A stretch of DNA of 64,000 bases, taken from the NCBI GenBank assembly GCA_963771175.1, contig CAVYSY010000058.1:32001-96000 (forward strand), given 5' to 3'. The first letter of the stretch is position 1. The number at the start of each line of letters is the position of its first letter. Below are positions 45,409 through 55,743 of the stretch, piece after piece. This DNA comes from an uncultured delta proteobacterium (GTDB lineage Bacteria > Myxococcota > Myxococcia > Myxococcales > Myxococcaceae). The notes beneath the pieces were generated by a model that saw only the letters and a program-made list of their open reading frames with translations, did not search any database and was not told the origin of the DNA. The translations under genes were made by a program, and so were the position numbers.

Positions 45409-46303
45409 TCAGCGGGCCGAGCGCGCGGCCTCGGCCAGCCGCTTCTGCGACAGGCTCAGGTAGTTCTCGTCCATGTCGATGCCCACGTAGCGGCGGCCCA
45501 GCTTCAGCGCCGCCACGCCCGTGGTGCCACGATGCCGTTGAACGGGTCCAGCACCAGCGCGTCCTCGGGGGTGCTCGCCTCGATGACGCGCTCCAGCAGC
45601 GCCACCGGCTTCTGCGTGGGGTGGCTGCCGTGCGCCTTCTCCTCGCTTGCGCGGCGCCGTCATGCGTCCACACGCGGCCGGACTCGTCGGCGGCCGAGCT
45701 CCTCGTCGCCGGTCTGCGGCAGCGCCCACACGTCGCGCATCTGCTTGCCGCCGTTCTCCGCCTTCATGCTTGCGCGTAGTTGAACGTGTGCTGCAGCTTC
45801 GCGGCCGGCTTCGGCGAGCGCCCAGATGAGGATCTCGCGTCGAGTGCGTGAAGTAGCGGCACGCCAGGTTGCGGGCTCGCGTTGGGCTTGTACCAGGTGA
45901 CGGTGTTGAGCAGCTTGTAGCCGAGCTTCTGCATCGCGAAGCCGACCGAGAAGATGACGTGCTGCGTGCCGCTCACCCAGATGGTGCCGGTGGGCTTGAG
46001 CACGCGCTGGCAGGCCTTGAGCCACGCGGTGGTGAACGCGTGGTCGTCCTCGACGCCGCGCGACACGTCCCAGCCGCCCTTGTTCACCGCGGCGCGCTTG
46101 CCGCTCTTGCAGGTGAAGCCACCGTTGGACAGGAAGTACGGCGGGTCGGCGAAGACCATGTCGAACGTTCCGGGCTCGAACTGCTCGAGCAGCGCCAGGC
46201 TATCGCCCTGGTAGAGCCGGTACGCGTCGCCACGGGCGAACTCGCTATCGCGCAGGGTACGCGGGACAAGCTTCAGGGCAGGAGCTGCGGCTTCCGAGGA
46301 CAT
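45409..46303 (-). CDS. Orphan N6-adenine/N4-cytosine DNA methyltransferase, beta class (frameshifted)
   Basis: FADPPY first, then HPTQKP and VLDPFNGxGTT; no adjacent endonuclease. Confidence 0.88.
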
Positions 46304-46434
46304 CTCGCCTCCGTCAGGGGTCGTCGTGACGGCGCGAATGTGCGGGCAACATTCTGCTACGTCCAATTTCTGGCCTGTAGCACCCTGAAATTTGACGAGG
46401 AACGCGAGCTCCAACGCGAGCCCCTGAAACGCCG

Positions 46435-46482
46435 CGAGCACGGTGGGAGGACCTCTCGTGGAGGCCTCCGACACCGTGCTCG
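46435..46482 (-). terminator. Long hairpin downstream of rpmE
   Basis: CGAGCACGGTG...CACCGTGCTCG with inner GGAGG/CCTCC stem. Confidence 0.55.
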
Positions 46483-46511
46483 GCGGGTACTACGAAGCTG
46501 TGCGGAAGAGA

Positions 46512-46808
46512 CTAGGCCTTGGCCTTCTTGGCGGTCTTCTTCGCGGGGGCAGTGCCCTCGGCCGGAGCAGCGGCGGCACCCTCGGCGGGAGCAGCAGCCT
46601 CGGCGGCCGGCTTGGCCGCGTACTTCTTGCGGAACTTCTCCACGCGACCCGCGGTGTCGAGCAGCTTGTACTTACCCGTGAAGAACGGGTGGCAGTTCGA
46701 GCACACTTCCACCGTGAACGAGCCACGGGTGGACTTCGTCTCGACGGTGTTGCCGCAAGCGCAGGTGATGCGAGAGGGCGGATAGACCGGATGCAGATCA
46801 GGCTTCAT
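46512..46808 (-). CDS. rpmE: 50S ribosomal protein L31 (Zn-binding) with Ala/Lys-rich tail
   Basis: [13 protein letters not shown]...[21 protein letters not shown]. Confidence 0.96.
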   Translation of the reverse strand: MKPDLHPVYPPSRITCACGNTVETKSTRGSFTVEVCSNCHPFFTGKYKLLDTAGRVEKFRKKYAAKPAAEAAAPAEGAAAAPAEGTAPAKKTAKKAKA

Positions 46809-46932
46809 GTTCGACGACTCCCGCGCCTTGCCCCCACCCCCAAGGTGGGAGGTCTGGCGTTTTTGAGGTAGGCCGGCGCTTATAACGGCGCGCCGGCCCA
46901 GGCACAAGGCCCGCGACCGGGCCCCGCCTGGG

Positions 46933-48051
46933 CTAGTGGGATGCGGAACCGGGCGGTTCGATTCGCTCCACGCGCTTCTTCAGTTCAGGATCATCCCCCA
47001 CGTCGGACCCCAGTTGGAGATACGAGAGGCGGTGGGTGCGCTTGAGCCCCTCCGTGCTCCCTCCCGTCTGCAGCACCAGAATCTTCCGCCGGGACTCGAA
47101 GCTGGCCACGGCCTCCTCCAGCGCCTTGCGGGCCGACTCGTCCTTGAGGGTAGCCAGGCGAGCCTTCGCCTGCTGGATGTTGGTGTCGAGGATTTTCAGG
47201 TTCTCCCGGGCGCGCTCCGCCTCGGTGAGGTCCACCGAGGGGCCCTTGCCGTCCACGAAGAGCTCCAGGCGAGCGAGCTGACGGCCCCGCTCGCCCGGGG
47301 GGATGAGGGTGGCGTACTCGTTGCGCTGCGCCACGCCCGGGCCCCGGCCCTCGTGCGACTGCACGATGAAGTCCACGGCGTTGCCCGCCTGCTGGGAGAG
47401 CTTGACGGCCTCCATGTAGGGCACCGCGGCGAGCACCACCACCACGTCCACCTGCTCCTTCGCGCGCAGGCGACGGGCCTCGGCGAGGGCCGCGGGCAGC
47501 GGAGGCCGACCCACCACCCCCGTCTGTCCACCCACGGGCCCCTCGGGGGAGAGACCCACGAGGCCGAGCTTCAACCCGCCCTCCGTCACCACCGTGGAGG
47601 CCGGGAAGAGCGGCTTGCCCCCCGCGTCCACCAGGTTGGCCGACAGGAGCTTCAGCTTCTTCGCGCCCTTGGAGGCCTTGGCGAGGAAGTCCGTCCCGAG
47701 CGACAGGTCGCGTGCGCCCACGGCCATGGCCCGGGTGCCCACCGCGTCCATCTGCTCGAGCACGAATCGCGCGCGCTCCCCTGCCTTCGGGTCCCCATCC
47801 GGCAGGGGGGACTTGAAGAGCGCGTTGCCCGCATCCAGCACCAGCACCGGCACACCCTTCGCGGACTCCGTCGCGATGGCCGTCTTTCGTCTGGCCAGAC
47901 CGCCAGACGGGTTGTGGCGTCAACCACAGGGGGCGATCTCGCCCCCGTTGTCTCCGGTGAACAGGAGCACCAATTGCTTGGGCGCCGCGCCCGCCACCAG
48001 CGGCGTCAGCAGCAGCGCGAGCACGGCGAGCAGCGCCGGACGCAGTCTCAT
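46933..48051 (-). CDS. Exported UshA-like (calcineurin-fold) selenoprotein, Sec at codon 44
   Basis: Signal peptide then [29 protein letters not shown] in frame with the 46933-47853 ORF; SECIS hairpin follows. Confidence 0.85.
47888..47909 (-). promoter_or_regulatory. Bacterial SECIS element
   Basis: CGUCUGGC-GGUCUG-GCCAGACG, loop starting six codons after UGA 47920-47922. Confidence 0.8.
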
Positions 48052-48917
48052 CACTTGTTCCCCTTCTTCGGCGCCGGGGTCGCCTTCTTCGCCTTGTCCA
48101 GCTCGGCCAGCCGGCTCTTGGCCGTCTTCGCCGCGTCCGACTTCGGGTAGCCCTTCACGAGCTCCTCGAGCGCCAGCCGCGACTCCTCCTGCATCTTCAG
48201 CTTCTTGAAGCACTCCGACGAGCGCAGGTAGGCGGTCGGCGTGGAGTCGGACTTCGGGTGCTCCTGCAGCAGCTTGCCGTACTCGAAGAGGGCCTCGCGG
48301 CACTTGTCCTCGGAGTAGTAGGTCTCGCCCAGGCCGAAGTGGGCCTCGGCGGCCAGCGCGTCCTTCGGCCACTTCTTGAGGAACTCCGAGTAGAGCTGCC
48401 GGGCCAGCGCCACGTCCCCCGCCTTGGCCTTCTCCTGCGCCAGCGCGAGGAACTCCTTCTTGTCCGTGGGCCGCTTGAGCTCCTCGGCCTTCTTCCTGGC
48501 CTCGGCCGCCTTGAGGGCCTCGTCGCCCTTGAGCGCCAGCAGCCGCTTCTCGGTCTCCTCGTTCGTCTTGGCGAGCGCCGACTCCAGCTCGCCCATCTTG
48601 TAGAGGTACGTCTCCACCTGGCCGCGCAACTGGGCCAGGTCCTCCACCGTCTTCTGGAGCTGGATGCCGATGTCCGCTCCCGTGCGGCGCGAGGCGGAGT
48701 CCAGGCTCTTCAGGGCCTTGGACACCTCGGCGATCTTCTCGTCGATGCGCGGCAGCGTGGCATCGAGCTGCTCACGGGTCCGTTTCAGCTCCGCCTGGAG
48801 CTGCGCCTGGGTGGCATCGAGCTTCTCGATGCGGGCTTCCAGCGAGCGTCCGCGGTCAGCGGGGTAGAAGCACCCGGAGATCACGAGCGGGAGGGCGATC
48901 AGAGCAAGCCTTCGCAT
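48051..48917 (-). CDS. cpoB: CpoB/YbgF-like coiled-coil + TPR lipoprotein
   Basis: Lipobox ISG|C, coiled coil with LRGQVE, three TPRs (AEAHFGLGETYY, YPKSDAAKTAK). Confidence 0.7.
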   Translation of the reverse strand: MRRLALIALPLVISGCFYPADRGRSLEARIEKLDATQAQLQAELKRTREQLDATLPRIDEKIAEVSKALKSLDSASRRTGADIGIQLQKTVEDLAQLRGQVETYLYKMGELESALAKTNEETEKRLLALKGDEALKAAEARKKAEELKRPTDKKEFLALAQEKAKAGDVALARQLYSEFLKKWPKDALAAEAHFGLGETYYSEDKCREALFEYGKLLQEHPKSDSTPTAYLRSSECFKKLKMQEESRLALEELVKGYPKSDAAKTAKSRLAELDKAKKATPAPKKGNK

Positions 48918-48994
48918 AGGGGGGCGTATCTTAGGGGCAAACCCCTCATCCCGCTCGGGCTTCTTCGCTGTGCCGGAGTCCGCCTGCCCGCTCG

Positions 48995-50311
48995 TCAACG
49001 CGGCGTGGCGGGTCCCGCCGCCCGTTCCACGCGCTCGATGGCGCGCTCGCAGGCCACCAGGAGCCGGGCATTGTTGAGGTAGAAGGGCGTGGCGCGGGCC
49101 CTCCCCTCCTCCAGCGAGCGCAGGGCCCGCCGGTACTCCTCGGCGGCCTCGGCCAGGGCCCCCCGCTGCTCGAGCACCATCCCCAGCAGGTAGCGCGCAG
49201 CGGCCAGGTCCGGATCCAACGAGAGGCAGCGCCGCAGCGTCTCCGCCGTCTGGGGACTCGCCACCTCCCCCGCGGCCCACTCCAGTGCCTGGGCGAAGAG
49301 GGCATCCGCCTCCGTGTGCGGGCCAGACACCTCGGGCTGTCCCTTGCGAGAAGCCTCGCCCTTCGCGGGTGTCGCCGGAGGGGGGGCCGTGTCCTGCCGG
49401 CTCCCCACGGACGGCAGCCCACTGGAGCTCGGCGTCCTCACCAGGGGCTCCCGGAAACCCACCGACGGCAAGCCACTGGAGCTCGGCGTCCTCACGGCGC
49501 CCTCCTGCGCTCGGGCGTAGAAGAAGGCCTGCTCGCAACGCACGGTGCGCAGGCTCGGCGGGGCGCGCAGCAGCGGCTCGGTGGCGGAGAGCATCAACAT
49601 GCCCTCGGGCGCGAGCCTCCCGGCCAGCGACACCACCACCTGCTCGAAGGACTCGGGGGTGAAGTAGATGAGGACGTTGCGGCAGGCGATGACGTCGAAC
49701 CCCTGCCCCTCCGCCGCCGTCGGGTACGGCGTCTCCATCAGGTTGTGGCACTGGAAGCTCGCCCGCTCCTTCAGCGGCCCCACCAGGGTGAAGCGGCCCG
49801 CTCCGACGGGCACGAACCAGCGGTCCCGCACCATGGGGTGCACCCGCTGCATCTGCTCCGAGGTGAAGCACAGCTCCCGCGCCCGCGCGATGGCCGACTC
49901 CGAGATGTCCGTGCCCAGCACCGTGCTGCCCGGGTCCGCGCCCAGCTCCGCGAGCATCACCAGCAGCGTGGCCACCTCCTCGCCCGTGGCACAGCCGGCG
50001 CTCCACAGCCGCAGCGGCCGCCGCATCCTCGTCACCATCGGCTCCAGCACGTGCGTGCGCAGCGCCGCGAGCTGTGACTCATCCCGGAAGAGCTCCGTCT
50101 TCTGGACGGTGATGGCGTCGACGAGCTCGGCGAAATCCGCGGCGCCCGAGGGCGACTGCAGGTGCAGCAGGAACTGCACGCTCAACCCGCCCGGCCGCGC
50201 CGCCAGCTTCTCATCGAGCCGCCGACACTGCAGGTCGCTCAGGGCCATGCCCGTCCGCCGCGCCACCAGGGAGTGGACGGGGCCGTAGCCTGGCGGAAGT
50301 GTGGGCGCCAC
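48995..50311 (-). CDS. cheR3: Chemotaxis methyltransferase CheR with C-terminal TPR
   Basis: WSAGCATGEE, GTDIS, CRNVLIYF, TPR; Che3 context. Confidence 0.9.
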   Translation of the reverse strand: MAPTLPPGYGPVHSLVARRTGMALSDLQCRRLDEKLAARPGGLSVQFLLHLQSPSGAADFAELVDAITVQKTELFRDESQLAALRTHVLEPMVTRMRRPLRLWSAGCATGEEVATLLVMLAELGADPGSTVLGTDISESAIARARELCFTSEQMQRVHPMVRDRWFVPVGAGRFTLVGPLKERASFQCHNLMETPYPTAAEGQGFDVIACRNVLIYFTPESFEQVVVSLAGRLAPEGMLMLSATEPLLRAPPSLRTVRCEQAFFYARAQEGAVRTPSSSGLPSVGFREPLVRTPSSSGLPSVGSRQDTAPPPATPAKGEASRKGQPEVSGPHTEADALFAQALEWAAGEVASPQTAETLRRCLSLDPDLAAARYLLGMVLEQRGALAEAAEEYRRALRSLEEGRARATPFYLNNARLLVACERAIERVERAAGPATPR

Positions 50312-50317
50312 CGGGTC

Positions 50318-51379
50318 TCAGCGCCCAGCCGGGAGGGTCTCACCGCGAACCACCCGCACCAGCGCGCCCGCGATGTCATCGCCGTGGACGAGATGGTCCA
50401 CCGCCTTGCGCGCCACCGCCGTGCCCGGCATCCCGAACACCACGCATGACTCCTCGTTCTGCGCGAGCGTCAGGCCTCCGGCCTGCTTGATGGCCAGCAT
50501 GCCCTCCGCACCGTCCTCGCCCATGCCGGTGAGGATGAGCCCCATCGTGCGCCGCCCGTAGGCCTTGGCCGCGCTCTCCAGCAGCACCGTCCCCGAGGGC
50601 ATGTGCCCATCGCGCTCCACGCCCGAGCGCAGCGCCACCCGCCCGCGGAAGGGGATGTGCATGTGCAGCCCCGGCGGGGCGATCAGCACGTTGCCCGGCA
50701 GGAGCTGCTCGCCGTCCTGCGCCAGCCGCACCTTCAGCTTGGACGAGTTGGCCAGCCAGCCCGCCAGGGAGTCGGCGAAGGCCGCGTTGATGTGCTGCAC
50801 GATGACGATGGGCGTGGGGAAGTCCGCCGGCAGCTCGGACAGCATCCGGAAGAGGACCTGCGGGCCGCCCGTGGAGCTGGCCACCGCCAGCACTCCGTAC
50901 GGCATCCCCATGGGCGCGGGCGTCACCACACCGCCCGCTCCCGGCAGCGGCGGCCGGCGCTTGCCGTGGATGTGCCGGATGACGCGCACCGAGGACAGCA
51001 GCTTCACCTCGCGCGACAGGTTCCACGCCTCCAGCCCGGCGTCGATGGAGGGCTTGATTTGAAGCGCCAGCGCACCCAGCTCCAGCGCCCGACACGTCAG
51101 CTCCGGCGCCTGCTGCCGCGGATCCGCGGTGAGCATCAGGATGGGCGTCGGCACCTCGGCCATGATGTGCTCCACGGCCGTGAGCCCGTCCATCACCGGC
51201 ATCTCCACGTCCATGGTGATGACCTGTGGGCGCAACTCACGCGCGGCCTCGAGGGCCTCCTGACCGTTGTTGCAGGTCCCGACGACCTCCAGGTCCGGAT
51301 CCCGACTCAACGCTTCGCAGATGAGTTGTCGGCAGATGTGCGAGTCGTCAACGACCAGCACCGACACTTTCTTGCCCAT
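50318..51379 (-). CDS. cheB3: Chemotaxis methylesterase CheB
   Basis: Receiver domain; [20 protein letters not shown]. Confidence 0.93.
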   Translation of the reverse strand: MGKKVSVLVVDDSHICRQLICEALSRDPDLEVVGTCNNGQEALEAARELRPQVITMDVEMPVMDGLTAVEHIMAEVPTPILMLTADPRQQAPELTCRALELGALALQIKPSIDAGLEAWNLSREVKLLSSVRVIRHIHGKRRPPLPGAGGVVTPAPMGMPYGVLAVASSTGGPQVLFRMLSELPADFPTPIVIVQHINAAFADSLAGWLANSSKLKVRLAQDGEQLLPGNVLIAPPGLHMHIPFRGRVALRSGVERDGHMPSGTVLLESAAKAYGRRTMGLILTGMGEDGAEGMLAIKQAGGLTLAQNEESCVVFGMPGTAVARKAVDHLVHGDDIAGALVRVVRGETLPAGR

Positions 51380-51460
51380 GTGGCTTCCATACCCCGTGCG
51401 CGACCCCGCGGAGTATACCCGATGTGGCCGGGAGTCCTCGGGGTGTCCTTCACCAGCACG

Positions 51461-53917
51461 TCAGCCGAGGAGCCGGCCCACCACATCCACCAGATCCTGA
51501 CGCACCAGGTCACCCTTGGTGATGTAGCCATCCGCGCCGGCCGCCAACCCACGCTGCCGGTCCTCCTCTCCTCCACGCGTGGTGAGGATGACCACCGGGA
51601 GGACCTTGTGGGTGGGATGAGCCTTGAGCCGGCGGGTGAGCTCCAGCCCGTCCACCCGGGGCATCTCCAGGTCGCTGCAGACCAGGTCCACCTTGGTGTT
51701 GGCGAGCAGGTCCAGGGCCTCCATGCCATCGGCGGCCATGATGATGTCGTAACCCACGGCCTCCAGCAGCGAGCCGATGAGCTCCCGGGTGAGGGGGGAG
51801 TCATCCACCACCAGGATGCGGCGCCGGGGAGCGGGGGTGGGGGCGGGACGGGCGGTCGCCGCGCGCTGCGCCCGGAGGCCGGCCGCTCCCTGGGCACTGG
51901 CGATGAGATGGGCCGCGGACAGGACCATGGCCAGCCGGCCATCCGCCAGCGTGGTGGCTCCGGTGAGGTGCGGGAAGCGGGCCATCAACCCCTTCAGCGG
52001 GAGGATGGCCTGGACCCGCTCCTCGAGCACCCGGTCCACCGCCAGCGCGGCCACGGCGCCCTGGCTGCGCACCACCAGCACCAGCGCCCCCTCGTCCGCC
52101 GCCTGGTCCGGGCTCAGCCCGAGCAGCGCCCCCAGCGAGGCGAAGGGCATGGGTTGGTCGTCCACCTCCAGCACCGCCCGGCCGGCCACCTCCTTGAGCT
52201 GCGAGGCCTCGACCTTCAGCGCGCGCGAGACATGGACGGCGCTCAGGCAGAGCGTCTCCTCGGCCACCTTCACGAAGAGCAGCGGGGCCACCGTGAGGGA
52301 CACCGGTACCCGCAGCTCGAAGCGCGTGCCCCGGCCCGGCGTGGACTCCACCAGCACATCGCCACCGAGCGCCCGCAGGGAGCTGCGCACCGCGTCCAGC
52401 CCCACGCCGCGCCCGGAGATGTCCGTGGCCACCTCGCGCGAGGTGAAACCGGAGAGGAAGATGAGCTCGCGCGCGCTCTGGTCCGACAGCACCGCCGCCG
52501 AGGCCTCGTCCATGAAGCCCTTGCGCACCGCGGCCCGGCGCAGCACCGCGGGCTCCAGCCCCACCCCGTCGTCCTCCACCCGCAGCACCAGCCGGTTGCC
52601 GTCGCGCGCCGCACCCAGCGTCAGCTTGCCGCGCGGGTGCTTGCCCGAGGCCACCCGGTCCACCCGTGACTCCAGCCCGTGGTCCAGCGCGTTGCGCACC
52701 AGGTGCAACAGCGGATCCCTCAGCGCCTCCACCACCGCCCGGTCGGCGCGGGTGTCCTCGCCGTCCACCACCAGCTCCACTTCCTTGCCCAGCTCGCGCG
52801 CCAGGTCGCGCACCATGCGCGGGTAGGGCTCGAAGAGCACGGAGAGCGGCAGCATGCGCAGGCGCTGCACCTCCTCGGCCACGTAGCCCAGGTCGCGCAG
52901 CTCCTCGTTGGCCAGCAGCTTCGCCTCGCGGTGGAGGGTGGCGGCCAGCTCCTTCGCCTTGCCGAGCCGCTCGGCCAGCATGGCGGCCGCCGGACCCAGG
53001 TCCTCCGCGGCCCGCGCCAGCAGGCTCAGCTCGCGGGCCAGCTCCAGGCGCCGGAGGGTAGCCAGCTCGCGGCGGCGCGACACCTGGGTGAGGTTCGTCA
53101 CCGCGCTCGTCAGCAGATCCAGGCTCGCCACGCCGATGCGTACCGAGCCATCCGCGCGAGCGTCCGCCGAGCGCACCGCGGGCACGGTCGTCGTCCGGGG
53201 CGGCGGCTCGGGGCTCGCCGGCGGCATCTTCCCGATGGTGGCCGCGGCCGTCGCGGTGGCATGCGCGCGCGGGGGCTCCACCGCCACGGTCCGTCCCACC
53301 GGCGGCAGGTGGGGCGTGTCCATCATCCGGGGCGGCACCACCAACGAGGGCGCCGGAATCCCGAGCGGAGCCGAGCCCCACGCGGGGGTGACCTCCTCGC
53401 TGTCCCGGAGCTCCTTCTCCCGGGAGTCCTTGCCCTTGACGTCCTTGCGTGCCGAGGCAATGGACGGGTCCACCCGCAGCGCGACGGAGTGGGCCGGGCC
53501 CTGAGTGGACGCGACCGCCCCCGGGAGGCTGGACACCTCCGTGCGGGTGCACTCGCGCAACCAGCGCACCAGCTTGTCCACCTCGGGAGGCGTCTGCTCG
53601 GGCTGGGAAGACGTGCCCGCCAGCACCAGCACCGCGTCCGCGGCCTGGAGCAGCATGTCGATGGAGCGCTCGGACAGCGCGTGCTCGGCGCGCTCGGTGG
53701 AGCGCACCAGCTCCTCCATCTCGTGGACGACGGAGTTGATGTCGTCGAAGCCCATCATCCGGGCCTCGCCCTTGAGGCCATGCAGCTCGCGCAGCACGGT
53801 GCGCCCGGCCTCCAGGCTGGCCCCCGTCTCCAGCTCCATGATGCGGCGGTTGACGCGCTCCAGGCGCACCCCCACCAGCTCACGGAACTGCTTGAGCAGC
53901 TTCTCGCGCGCGCTCAC
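51461..53917 (-). CDS. cheA3: Hybrid CheA kinase with C-terminal receiver
   Basis: Hpt LHGLKG, HLVRNALDHG, SGRGVGLD, CheW domain, receiver VVDDS. Confidence 0.93.
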   Translation of the reverse strand: MSAREKLLKQFRELVGVRLERVNRRIMELETGASLEAGRTVLRELHGLKGEARMMGFDDINSVVHEMEELVRSTERAEHALSERSIDMLLQAADAVLVLAGTSSQPEQTPPEVDKLVRWLRECTRTEVSSLPGAVASTQGPAHSVALRVDPSIASARKDVKGKDSREKELRDSEEVTPAWGSAPLGIPAPSLVVPPRMMDTPHLPPVGRTVAVEPPRAHATATAAATIGKMPPASPEPPPRTTTVPAVRSADARADGSVRIGVASLDLLTSAVTNLTQVSRRRELATLRRLELARELSLLARAAEDLGPAAAMLAERLGKAKELAATLHREAKLLANEELRDLGYVAEEVQRLRMLPLSVLFEPYPRMVRDLARELGKEVELVVDGEDTRADRAVVEALRDPLLHLVRNALDHGLESRVDRVASGKHPRGKLTLGAARDGNRLVLRVEDDGVGLEPAVLRRAAVRKGFMDEASAAVLSDQSARELIFLSGFTSREVATDISGRGVGLDAVRSSLRALGGDVLVESTPGRGTRFELRVPVSLTVAPLLFVKVAEETLCLSAVHVSRALKVEASQLKEVAGRAVLEVDDQPMPFASLGALLGLSPDQAADEGALVLVVRSQGAVAALAVDRVLEERVQAILPLKGLMARFPHLTGATTLADGRLAMVLSAAHLIASAQGAAGLRAQRAATARPAPTPAPRRRILVVDDSPLTRELIGSLLEAVGYDIIMAADGMEALDLLANTKVDLVCSDLEMPRVDGLELTRRLKAHPTHKVLPVVILTTRGGEEDRQRGLAAGADGYITKGDLVRQDLVDVVGRLLG

Positions 53918-55743
53918 CCACCACCCCCGGGCGTACCCCCAGGCGTCGACGAGTCGATCTGGAAGCGCTCCACCACGCCCCGCAAGTCCCTCGCCAGCGA
54001 GGACAGGTCTCCATTGGCGCTGATGACCTGCTTGGTGGCGTTGTGGCTCTGCTGGGTGATGCGGAGGATGTCCGCCATCGCCTCGGCCAGCAGGTCCGTG
54101 CCGCCCTGCTGCTGCTGGGTGGCCAACGAGATGGCCCGCACCGCGTCCGAGGTGCGCCCGGCCAGCTCGACGATCTGCCGCAGCGACTCGGAGACCTGCT
54201 GCGCCAGCGTGGTGCCCGTCTCGGTGGCGCGCACGCCGCCCTCGGTCGCCATCACCGCCGCGCCCGAGGCGTCCTGCACCTCCTCGATGAGCCCTTCAAT
54301 CTCCTTGGTGGACTCGATGACGTTCTCCGCCAGCCGGCGCATCTCCGCCGCCACCAGTGAGAAGCCCTGCCCCACCTCGCCCGCCTTGGTGCCCTCCAGC
54401 TCGGCGTTGAGCGCCAACAGGTCCGACTTGTCGGCCACCCCGTTGATGAACTCGACGATTTTACCGATCTGCTGCACCCGCTTGTTCAACCGGGCCACCG
54501 CCGCGGCGATGGCCTGGTTGTCGTGGCGCATGCGGTTCATCGTCTCGAGGAAGGCCTCGGCGCTGGCCTGACCGCCCTTGGCCGCAGCGAGCGTCTGTGG
54601 GCGATCTCCGCCACCGAGCCCGCATTCTCGGCGATCTGCCGCGCCGAGCGCGCCAGCTCCTCGGTGGTGGCACTCGTCTCGTCCAGCGAGCTGGCCTGCT
54701 CGGCGGCGCCCGCCTCGTAGCGGGTGGAGGTGAAGAGAATCTCCTCGGTGGTGGAGCCGATGCGCGAGCCGGCGCGCTGCAACTGCGCCAGCACGTCCGC
54801 CAGGTGGGCCCGCATGGTGGAGAAGGCGGCGGAGACGGACCACACCTCATCCTCGGCGGGGATGATGCGCGGGCGGCTCATGTCGCCCTCGGCGATGCGG
54901 TGGGCCTCCTCGGCCGAGCTGGCGCATGGGACGGCCGAGAATCGTCCCCCCCAGGTAGGCGGCGGCCATGGCCACTCCGAAGATGAGCAGGCACAGCGCC
55001 CCACCGGACCTGAGGGCCTCGAAGCGCAGCATGTCCACCAGTTCCGCCTGCCGCTCCGGGCTGGTCTCCATCAGCCGCTCGAAGGCCCGGTCCGCCAGCG
55101 CCACGGAGACGTCCCAGATGAGCGCCGCCGGCGTCACCACGACGATGGCGGTGAAGATGACCAGCCGCGGGCGGATCTGCGAGCGCCGGGGCGCCGCGGC
55201 GATGGCCTGCACCGGCGTGAGCCCCAGGGAGCCCATGTCCAGCGCCACGGCTCGGGCCCTCATCGTGATGAGGCCGTACGTCAGCAGCGCGGAGAGCGGA
55301 CCGAAGAGCAGCCCCGGCCAGACCATCCGCAGCGCCAGGAGAAGACTCATGGAGGGGCTCGCCACCCACATCGCCACGTTGCCGAGGACGGAGGCGACAA
55401 TCCACAGCACGAGCGTGGAGTAGAAGGCGAAGTCCGCGAGGAGGTGGACCTCCATCACCGCCTGCCCGAGCCGCTCGGGCTCGACGGGCCCTGCCGCGGC
55501 CTCCAAGCCCCGCAGCACGCGCAGCCGGCGCAGGCAGAGGACGACCTCCACCGCCAAGGCCAGGAGGGAGAACACCCCCATGAGCAGGAGGAACAGCGGG
55601 AAGCTCTCGCCGAGCTGCTCGCCGAGGGTGAGCTGCCCGTAGCGCCCCGCCAGGAGGACGGTGGTCAGGTTGGCGTAGAGGAGCGGCAGCAACAAGCGGC
55701 GGCTGTAGGGACGCCGGGTCCGGAGGATGCGCAGGCTCGACAT
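53914..55743 (-). CDS. mcp3B: Methyl-accepting chemotaxis protein Mcp3B (frameshifted)
   Basis: Multi-TM N-terminus, HAMP EDEVW, KSDLLALNAELEG; overlaps flanking genes. Confidence 0.85.

Noticed and set aside
45409..46303. Restriction-modification system
   Set aside because: No endonuclease gene adjacent
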